Sequence record: SRR20825010_2951
DNA length: 41,913 nucleotides
Direction: 5' to 3' (one strand)
Numbering within the stretch: the first letter of the stretch is position 1; the number at the start of each line of letters is the position of its first letter. A program made the position numbers and the translations under genes. Of this stretch, positions 34,639 to 41,913 are shown piece by piece. Below the pieces are notes generated by a model that ran no database searches, was not told where the DNA came from, and was given only the letters and a program-made list of their open reading frames with translations.

Positions 34639-35522
34639 CATCGACTCTTTCGCCAGAAACACTTCAACAGATCAAACGTCTCGATCTGCGTGCCCGCATG
34701 GTCGTGCGAGGGTTCTTGCAGGGATTGCACAACAGCCCCCTACAAGGTTTCTCGGTCCAGTTCAGCGATCACCGTCTGTACAATCGTGGCGATGATCCCA
34801 AGCTGATTGATTGGTTGGTGTATGCCAAAACAGACAAGCATTACATCAAACGGTTCGAAGCAGAAACCAACCTGAACGGTTTCCTGTTGATGGACCTTTC
34901 CAAATCGATGGGTTTCCGCCAAGGAACTTCGATGACGAAGTTCGAGTATTCGACATGCTTGGCAGCGGCGTTGACCTATCTGATGTCGCTGCAAAAAGAC
35001 CCGGTCGGATTGTTGACTTTCGACGACAAACTGCGAGCAATCCTGCCCGCCCGAAGTCGTCGCGGGCATCTCGGTGATGTCTTGGCGGCCCTCTCCGGGA
35101 TGACTCCCGAAGGCACAACCGAACTGCCACGATGCTTAGTTCAGGTCGCCGCGATGCTGAAGCAACACAGCCTTGTGATGCTGTTCTCCGATTTGCTGGG
35201 TGATCCAGAGGAAACGCTCGCGGCGCTCGCTCGATTGCGACACGGCGGCCACGACGTGATCGTCTTTCATGTTCTCGATGACGCCGAGGTTCGTTTCCCG
35301 TACGAGGGTCCCGTCGAGTTCGAGGACCCCGAGTCAGGTGAACTGGTGACGGTCGATGCGACGGGCTTCCGAGCTGAGTACCTCGACCAAATCGCCGCTT
35401 TTCGCGAAACGTATTCGCAAGGTTGTTCCGCTTTGCGAATCGACTACGTGCCGCTAGACACCAGCATGCCATTTGACCGTGCACTGACTGAGTACCTGCA
35501 ACAACGCCAGGCACGGTTCTAA
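34635..35522 (+). CDS. DUF58 domain protein (vWA-like, MoxR-associated family)
   Basis: GLHNS, FSDHRLYNRGDD, IDW, KRFEAET, DLSKSM, FSDLL, FEDPES. Confidence 0.9.
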   Translation: MTSTLSPETLQQIKRLDLRARMVVRGFLQGLHNSPLQGFSVQFSDHRLYNRGDDPKLIDWLVYAKTDKHYIKRFEAETNLNGFLLMDLSKSMGFRQGTSMTKFEYSTCLAAALTYLMSLQKDPVGLLTFDDKLRAILPARSRRGHLGDVLAALSGMTPEGTTELPRCLVQVAAMLKQHSLVMLFSDLLGDPEETLAALARLRHGGHDVIVFHVLDDAEVRFPYEGPVEFEDPESGELVTVDATGFRAEYLDQIAAFRETYSQGCSALRIDYVPLDTSMPFDRALTEYLQQRQARF

Positions 35523-35832
35523 GCGATCGCAACCGCGCCGGCATAAACCTTTTCATCGGCGCATTCCCAACTGTACGCATCACCAGAGCGATTCCACGCA
35601 CCTGTTGCGAACAATGGATCGATTGTGCCGGGTGGCAAACTGCGACAGCCACTTTTTTCGGGAGCGTTTAACCGACCCTCACCATCCAAGGGGTACTTTT
35701 GTCTGGGCACTGTCTCGATCTGTGTGAGCGGCCCAGCGATCGCTGCTACCCGTCTCACATCAAGCAACCTTTCAATCCAATCACGAGACAACGCCCCGGT
35801 CTCACGCTATCTCCTATCCGGCCACGCGAGTC

Positions 35833-37452
35833 ATGTCTTCCCTGGGCGTCACGTTCGATATCCTCTCGACACACTCATCGCCCAGCGCCGGCGAAGTGCT
35901 GCAGCTCGGTGCGACGGGTGACGACCAATCAACGCGTCAACGTTGCTTGCGAGCAATGGCTCATCGTAAAGACGTCAAGTCGCTGAACTGGTTGATCAAT
36001 CGCTTCGAGAAATATCACGACGACTTGCTTTCCGCTTTGACGACCAAGTCCGGCAAACTGGATGCGGGCTACTTGGGGACGGCGGTCACCAAACAACTGG
36101 CCAAAGACGGCTGGAACCAAGCGATCGGATTGCGACTGATCGACATGGTCGATTGCCTCAATCAAACAGCTGCGCTGGCAAGACTGATCGACATTGCACA
36201 AAACCACGAAGACTCGCTCATCCGAGCAGCCTCGGGCGAAGTCACCTTGTCTCTCGCCAGCCCACTGTCCAAAGCTGTCCGACACCGCGGCGACGGCGAA
36301 CGGATCAATCCCGAATCGGAACGATTTCGACAATCCATCGCTGAATTGTTGGGAGCAGCGGTCGAGCGATACAACAATCACCGCAACACGGATCTTCTGG
36401 ATGCGTTTCTGGTCATCTCCGATTGGAACGATGCTCTCTTCCAACGTTTGATGAGTGACGAATCACCGACCCAAGAGACACTTCTTCGCCGAATGCGAAC
36501 TAGCGAACATCAATCGGTGCTGCAACTACTGGCAGGTTTCATTCGGCGACGCAAAATCCCCGGACCGGTGATCGGTTTGCTGTTGCGTCGTCACGATGCC
36601 AAGTTCTGCGAAACTCTGCTCGAAACCATCACGGACAATCCGACTCCGGTCACCGCGATCAACCTTCGCGAATACGGATTGCCGGATTGCTTGCGTGGGG
36701 GCGAGTCATTCATGCGTTCACTCGGCAGCGATCGCGACGGGGCAATGTGCAACGCATACTCCATCGCGATGCCTCACGAACCCGAATCGATTCATTTGGT
36801 GATCGCGATGCTGGAACGAGGCGGCCCGTCCGCTATCCGCACCGCTGAACTATGCCTGAAACGCATCGAAGCACCGCAGTTGGGAGACTGGATTGCCGTG
36901 CTGGAAGATTCGCTGGAACAACAGACTGCAGCGGACACTGAAAATGACGATTCCACAGCGGTTCAACAGAACACTGATTGCAATCGGCCGCTTCAGCTTC
37001 TTGACGAATTGATAGCGTTGTCCGACCACGAATCAAAACCACTGGCGGCCGCGGCTCAATCACTGCTGACGCATCTGAATACCGCCGAAGTGCTTCCTAT
37101 CTTCGGAGATTTGTCCCCAGAAGTCGGAAAGCAACTCGGTCGCATTCTGATGCAAACCGATTCCGGCACCCTCGACATGATCCGTCAGGGATTGCGTCAC
37201 GCGGTCATGCAAAACCGACTCGATGCCATCGAATTCGCTGAATCATTGGGTTTAATCGATTTAATGATCGATCCACTACGACAAATCGCTCAAACCGATC
37301 ATCAATTGGCAAAGCTAAGGACCGCACAAGCGTTGGCGCACGGTACCGGATCTCAGTCCGAAGCGGTGCTACGAGAACTCTGCAGCATTCAAGATGGATC
37401 GCTGCGAGACGCTGCGGTCGCATCCATGGCAGAACGAGGATTGACGGTATGA
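35833..37452 (+). CDS. Hypothetical alpha-helical (HEAT-repeat-like) protein
   Basis: 539-aa Leu/Ala-rich ORF with HEAT-like units (IRAAS, NRLDAI, KLRTAQAL, LRDAAV). Confidence 0.7.
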   Translation: MSSLGVTFDILSTHSSPSAGEVLQLGATGDDQSTRQRCLRAMAHRKDVKSLNWLINRFEKYHDDLLSALTTKSGKLDAGYLGTAVTKQLAKDGWNQAIGLRLIDMVDCLNQTAALARLIDIAQNHEDSLIRAASGEVTLSLASPLSKAVRHRGDGERINPESERFRQSIAELLGAAVERYNNHRNTDLLDAFLVISDWNDALFQRLMSDESPTQETLLRRMRTSEHQSVLQLLAGFIRRRKIPGPVIGLLLRRHDAKFCETLLETITDNPTPVTAINLREYGLPDCLRGGESFMRSLGSDRDGAMCNAYSIAMPHEPESIHLVIAMLERGGPSAIRTAELCLKRIEAPQLGDWIAVLEDSLEQQTAADTENDDSTAVQQNTDCNRPLQLLDELIALSDHESKPLAAAAQSLLTHLNTAEVLPIFGDLSPEVGKQLGRILMQTDSGTLDMIRQGLRHAVMQNRLDAIEFAESLGLIDLMIDPLRQIAQTDHQLAKLRTAQALAHGTGSQSEAVLRELCSIQDGSLRDAAVASMAERGLTV

Positions 37453-37919
37453 TTTCGCTAACCAACATCGTTTTCTCGCATACTGCTGACAAGCCTGCCG
37501 ATAACGACGCCATCTTTTCGATGCCGTTGATGAACGTCACTCGCATGACGGACTTGGCTCCGCAGTACCAAGCCGTCTCGGACGATTCATCGATCCCGAT
37601 GGTTCTCATCGCCGGAATCGCACTCGTATTGGCCGCGATCGCGGGCGGCGTGTTCTGGTACTACCGAACGCGAGAACCGGAGGTCCCGACCAGCGACGCG
37701 GTCACGATGGACCTTTGCCGAGCTCACGGCTTGTCGATCTACCACCGTGGTTTGATCGATCGATTAGCCGCTGCAGCCGAACTGTCTCACACGGCCGAAA
37801 TGTTCTTGTCTCCATCGCACTTTGATTCCGCGGTCGAAAAAGCCAAACAAGCCGTCCGGCTACGTCGGCATCACCACGGATGGTTGGGCGAAATTCGTCG
37901 AACGCTCTTCGACTCGTGA
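37449..37919 (+). CDS. Hypothetical single-TM protein
   Basis: One TM (VLIAGIALVLAAIAGGVFWYY) plus small soluble domain; ATGA overlap with upstream ORF. Confidence 0.65.
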   Translation: MISLTNIVFSHTADKPADNDAIFSMPLMNVTRMTDLAPQYQAVSDDSSIPMVLIAGIALVLAAIAGGVFWYYRTREPEVPTSDAVTMDLCRAHGLSIYHRGLIDRLAAAAELSHTAEMFLSPSHFDSAVEKAKQAVRLRRHHHGWLGEIRRTLFDS

Positions 37920-37986
37920 GAAACAACGGCGAGGCCACATTGCTTGGCCAAAAACCATGGCCCATCAAATCGCGTTCTGACTCGGC

Positions 37987-38553
37987 TTACACACCGGCTA
38001 CTTCGCAAGCCTTGTAGACCACCTTCGCCTGACGGAATCCAATTCGCTCATAGAGCCGAACCGCGTGCGTATTCGCGGTGGTGACTTCCAGATGCATCCG
38101 CTTCAATCCCGCGGATTTAAACCCCGCTGCCGATCGCATCATCAGCATTCGACCAAGTCCGTTGCCGCGGTGTTCTGGAACGACGCCCAAATTCTGAACC
38201 GCACCCCATTCATCGAGATCCAAACCTTGGATCGTGCCGACGGGAATCGGACGTCCGCCCGGTCGATCGCGATAGCGAATCAACCAAGTCGCCTCTGGCA
38301 CAAACGCCGCACGACTGCTGATCTCTCGCATCAAACGCAAACAACCATCACGACGGCCTAAACACGGAAACACATCCGCGTCCATTTCGCTGCGAAACGA
38401 TTGAAATTTCGCGGCCGCATGTTCACGTACCAATCCTTCGTCAAACGCCACCCATTCGTAACCGCGAGCGGCCATGTCGGGTGCGTCCCACGAACCGCTC
38501 CAATCGCGCAGGTCCATCTCCATGCGATAGCGGCGAAAGTAAGTCATGCCCAC
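37987..38553 (-). CDS. GNAT family N-acetyltransferase
   Basis: LGVVPEHRGNGLG (acetyl-CoA motif A), LEVTTANTHAVRLYERIGF; start placed at GTG 38553 after purine-rich RBS. Confidence 0.88.
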   Translation of the reverse strand: MGMTYFRRYRMEMDLRDWSGSWDAPDMAARGYEWVAFDEGLVREHAAAKFQSFRSEMDADVFPCLGRRDGCLRLMREISSRAAFVPEATWLIRYRDRPGGRPIPVGTIQGLDLDEWGAVQNLGVVPEHRGNGLGRMLMMRSAAGFKSAGLKRMHLEVTTANTHAVRLYERIGFRQAKVVYKACEVAGV

Positions 38554-38625
38554 TCGGGTTGCCCCCTTTCCTGGATCACGGTCTCTTGTGAACAATCCAG
38601 TTTACCACATCAGCTGACTTTCGAG

Positions 38626-39636
38626 ATGCATCCCGACACGCGATCCCAGCCCTTTGCCCCATTGTTCGACGACGTGATCGTTCTGACCGGCCCGACCGCT
38701 TCGGGCAAAACAGAATTGGCTCTGCGGGTCGCGGAAACTCTGGCAGCCAGAACAAATGGCCGGCAAGAAATCGAAATCCTCTCGCTCGATGCCATCGCGG
38801 TCTACCGAGGAATGGACATTGGCTCCGCCAAACCCACCTCCGACCAACTAGATCGAGCCCCCCACCACTTGATCGATTTGGTTGATCCTTGGGACGAGTT
38901 CAGCGTCGCTGAGTACCTGCATTCCGCTCACGCGTGCGTTCAGGACATCCTCGAACGAGGCAAACGCCCCATGTTTGTCGGCGGCACCCCGATGTATTTG
39001 AAAGGTGTCTTACGCGGGTTCGATGCCGGGCCTCCCGCGGACGAAGCGTTCCGAAACGCTGTCGAGGAAGATTTGCGTCAACATGGCATCGGCGCACTGC
39101 GAGAACGTTTGCAACAGGTCGACCCACTGTCAGCCGCCAAGATCGATCCAGGGGATTCTCGCCGGATGATTCGAGCACTTGAATTCGCTCGAGCGACCGG
39201 GACACCGATCAGCCACCGACAACTGCAATTCGACACCGCTCGATCCAGCCGCGAAGGACTCGTCTTTGCACTGCGAGTTCCTCGGCCGGTTCTCCATCAA
39301 CGTATCGAACAACGCGTCGAAGAGATGTTCGCGGAAGGCTTGGTCTCTGAAGTGCAAAACTTGCTGTCATTGGATCAACCGCTTTCCAAGACATCACGCC
39401 AAGCGGTTGGCTACCGCGAAATCATCGAAGCAATTGCGGCGGGTGACGCACCTGAAACCGCCGCTGAACAAGTCGTCTTCCACACTCGGCGTCTGGCTCG
39501 ACGACAAGAAACCTGGCTGCGATCTTTCTCCGAAATTCGCGGTCTCGGGTCATTTGAGTCGGACTCGGCACCGGACATTGATCAATGCGTCGATTCGATG
39601 GTCGAAAACATCTTGTCATTCGATCGAGGGAACTGA
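38626..39636 (+). CDS. miaA: tRNA dimethylallyltransferase
   Basis: GPTASGKT, SLDAIAVYRGMDIGSAKP, PHHLID, VGGTPMYL, RRMIRALE, QAVGYRE, TRRLARRQETW. Confidence 0.96.
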   Translation: MHPDTRSQPFAPLFDDVIVLTGPTASGKTELALRVAETLAARTNGRQEIEILSLDAIAVYRGMDIGSAKPTSDQLDRAPHHLIDLVDPWDEFSVAEYLHSAHACVQDILERGKRPMFVGGTPMYLKGVLRGFDAGPPADEAFRNAVEEDLRQHGIGALRERLQQVDPLSAAKIDPGDSRRMIRALEFARATGTPISHRQLQFDTARSSREGLVFALRVPRPVLHQRIEQRVEEMFAEGLVSEVQNLLSLDQPLSKTSRQAVGYREIIEAIAAGDAPETAAEQVVFHTRRLARRQETWLRSFSEIRGLGSFESDSAPDIDQCVDSMVENILSFDRGN

Positions 39637-40806
39637 TTCAAGCGAACTGGATTCGCTGATTTGGTTCCAATCTTCGTCGCTTTCAAAGTGCTCTCGAGAA
39701 AAATACATTGCTCTGTTGGTTGGCAGGTGCCAAACCAGTGTCTCGCCAATCCATTCGGTTCTTTGGCACTCATTGCGAAATAAGCGTACACCGTTCGTTT
39801 CAGTGACACTGACCACTTCTTCAGGGCTGATCCATCCATGCTGATGCCATGTGGTGTTCTGAGTTGGAATCGCCATCCATCGCCAACTGTTGTAAAAGTA
39901 TCGCACGGTACTGAGAGCCAAAATCAGAGCTCCCAAGGCGATGAACCAGTGTCCGAAATGCCAAGCTAGCAACGCCGCGACCCCGTAAACGAAGATCATG
40001 CCACCGTTTCGATACATGATTTTCCGCACCGCCGCGTGGTCCACCGGCACATGCAACGTGACTTGCCCGTCAAAGGAAATCGCCGACTCAGGACGCTTTC
40101 CCAACTGCTGGCAATTTCGTTCCATGACCGCATCGCGATCGAGTGGCTTCGCATCGGGTTGTTGCCAGATCGCTTGCAGTTCTTTCCAAACCCTCTCGTC
40201 GAATCGTTCGAACAATCGCTTGGCAAGATAGAGCTGAACGTAGGGTCCTTCTAACAATGGAACTCGAATGCCATGTTTGGTTGTCTCGGCTCGCTTGCAA
40301 TAGTCCCCATTCAGAAAATGGGTCCGTTCACCATCGTTGAACAGTAGACCCGACGGCACAAACCGGCCGACCGCACGCCCCACTAAGTCTGGCCGCTGCT
40401 TCAACGCCCGCCGTGTTCGTCTAGACGGTACAACGTATTGAGTTGCAACCGCAAACCCAATGGCGACGAAGACGCCGATCAAGATTCCTAAAACGGTTTC
40501 GGAATCCACGCCACTGAAGAACATGTTGGTCGTCGCCACCACGGTTCCGATCGCAAACGCGGGAATGATCATTCCCCACATCAACACCGCCAACAGAATC
40601 CACAACCCACGTTCTGGGATCAACATCCGAATGTCGACTTCGGTGATCTCGCCATCAAACGCCAGAACCGTACCGATCTGATCGGAGCTGGCAGCGGGCT
40701 CCGGTTCCGATCCGCTCGGTCGCATCGAAGTCGCGTACGGATTCACCGACGCTCGTTCTATGTCGGTTCTCGACGTTGGCTTGGCATCACTGTCCTCATC
40801 CGTCAT
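39616..40806 (-). CDS. Hypothetical membrane protein with two YcxB-like modules
   Basis: NPYA motif; two pairs of TMs each preceded by FDGxxT; ATGA overlap with upstream receiver gene. Confidence 0.7.
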   Translation of the reverse strand: MTDEDSDAKPTSRTDIERASVNPYATSMRPSGSEPEPAASSDQIGTVLAFDGEITEVDIRMLIPERGLWILLAVLMWGMIIPAFAIGTVVATTNMFFSGVDSETVLGILIGVFVAIGFAVATQYVVPSRRTRRALKQRPDLVGRAVGRFVPSGLLFNDGERTHFLNGDYCKRAETTKHGIRVPLLEGPYVQLYLAKRLFERFDERVWKELQAIWQQPDAKPLDRDAVMERNCQQLGKRPESAISFDGQVTLHVPVDHAAVRKIMYRNGGMIFVYGVAALLAWHFGHWFIALGALILALSTVRYFYNSWRWMAIPTQNTTWHQHGWISPEEVVSVTETNGVRLFRNECQRTEWIGETLVWHLPTNRAMYFSREHFESDEDWNQISESSSLESVPSIE

Positions 40807-41204
40807 TCCGGCGGACGCCAACCGTAGGCTTCCGCCAACCCGCCACACACAATTTCACGTAGCTTGCCCAATCGCACCGGCTTACGAAGAATTTTGTAGG
40901 CTCGCATCCGAGCCGCTTCTCGCTCGATCGCTTCGTCCATCAAGGCGCTCATCAGGACGTACGGCATCGCGTCGGGCCGTTGCGACAAAATTCGCATCAC
41001 GTCGAGTCCCGTCACTCGCGGCATGTGCACGTCCAGCAACACCATGTGAATGGCGGTCTTCTCAATGACGCGAAGAGCCTCGTCGCCGTCAGCGGCCTGC
41101 TGCGTTTGCACACCACCGCGCACGAGAGCCTCGCAAACCACGCCGCGAAAATCGGCGTCGTCGTCGGTTACCAAGACTGTTGGGATCATGCCAGCGTCGA
41201 CCAT
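40803..41204 (-). CDS. Single-domain response regulator (receiver)
   Basis: VLVTDDD, LLDVHMP (phospho-Asp), MSA, KP. Confidence 0.92.
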   Translation of the reverse strand: MVDAGMIPTVLVTDDDADFRGVVCEALVRGGVQTQQAADGDEALRVIEKTAIHMVLLDVHMPRVTGLDVMRILSQRPDAMPYVLMSALMDEAIEREAARMRAYKILRKPVRLGKLREIVCGGLAEAYGWRPPE

Positions 41205-41496
41205 GGCTCATCCACACCCCCGCAAACAGAAAAAGAGTCGTTCACTTTCGATCGTGAATCCATCCATTATACGTCACCAGCTCGATGTTGGGTTGGTCTC
41301 CTGCCAAGAGAGTTTTCCGCAGGATTCTCCCACCCGGTCCAATCGATTTTTCCGGACAGGCAACTGCGGCCATCGCGGGACCGCCAAACCACCACGCCAA
41401 ACGCGTTTCCAGGCTATCATGGACACATCGCGTGTCGGTCATGTCCCGTCTCGCGACCTCGTCCATCGGAGTCATCCGTCACCGGAGCGTTTGCCC

Positions 41497-41913
41497 TTGA
41501 ATTCCAAAGCGACCCCACCCGCTGCTTCTCGCGGCAACGCAAGCCCACCGCCTGCCCCCGCGTCCAAGCCCGCAAACGGTGCCCCCGTCGACGTCTCCGG
41601 GGTCGCGGAACTATCCAAACGCGTCATCGGCAACGTTGAAAATGCGATCGTGGGAAAGCGAAAGCAACTGGTCCTTTCGATGGTTGCCTGGCTTAGCGGC
41701 GGACACATTCTTCTCGAAGACGTCCCCGGTGTGGCGAAAACGATGCTCGCCCGAGCCCTCGCGAAAAGCCTCGGTTGCCACTTCAAACGAGTCCAGTGCA
41801 CGCCCGACTTGTTGCCCACCGATGTCACCGGCACATCGATCTTCAACCAAAAGAATTCTGAATTTGAATTCCGCCCCGGTCCGGTCTTCACCCAGATTCT
41901 GCTCGCCGACGAA
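41497..41913 (+). CDS. MoxR family AAA+ ATPase (5' part, truncated by window end; not in ORF track)
   Basis: Translated by hand: [45 protein letters not shown]; start TTG 41497 (GGAG upstream) or ATG 41419. Confidence 0.93.
   Translation, partial: MNSKATPPAASRGNASPPPAPASKPANGAPVDVSGVAELSKRVIGNVENAIVGKRKQLVLSMVAWLSGGHILLEDVPGVAKTMLARALAKSLGCHFKRVQCTPDLLPTDVTGTSIFNQKNSEFEFRPGPVFTQILLADE

Noticed and set aside
34846-35652. 268-aa minus-strand ORF
   Set aside because: Arg-rich shadow of the DUF58 gene

Overview
A gene-dense, moderately GC-rich bacterial chromosome segment. It is almost certainly from a planctomycete and looks Rhodopirellula-like. That is inferred from the DUF1559 prepilin-like gene, giant secretins, Tat-exported sugar enzymes and an NPY-motif membrane protein. 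Housekeeping genes: glnS, rpe, miaA and tRNA-Leu(CAG). DNA repair: an ATP-dependent ligase and an Lhr-core helicase, split by a Tat-exported epimerase and a 4 x 32-bp hairpin array. Envelope: two very large orphan secretins (one with a Ca-binding-type loop, one followed by a lipoprotein), a YdcF protein, and a DUF1559 plus lipoprotein pair. Enzymes: a histidine-phosphatase-fold protein lacking its catalytic His, a Gfo/Idh/MocA oxidoreductase, a Y4yA-type PLP enzyme, a PMI-like cupin, an aldose-epimerase-like protein coupled to a Ser/Thr kinase, a B12-radical SAM enzyme coupled to a membrane protein, an SGNH hydrolase and a GNAT. Also present: a LolD-like ATPase with DUF58, a receiver-domain protein and a truncated MoxR ATPase. 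Several families of REP-like palindromes lie in intergenic gaps. No integrase, transposase or CRISPR array is seen. Start codons were adjusted by eye and family calls rest on recognised motifs, not database searches.
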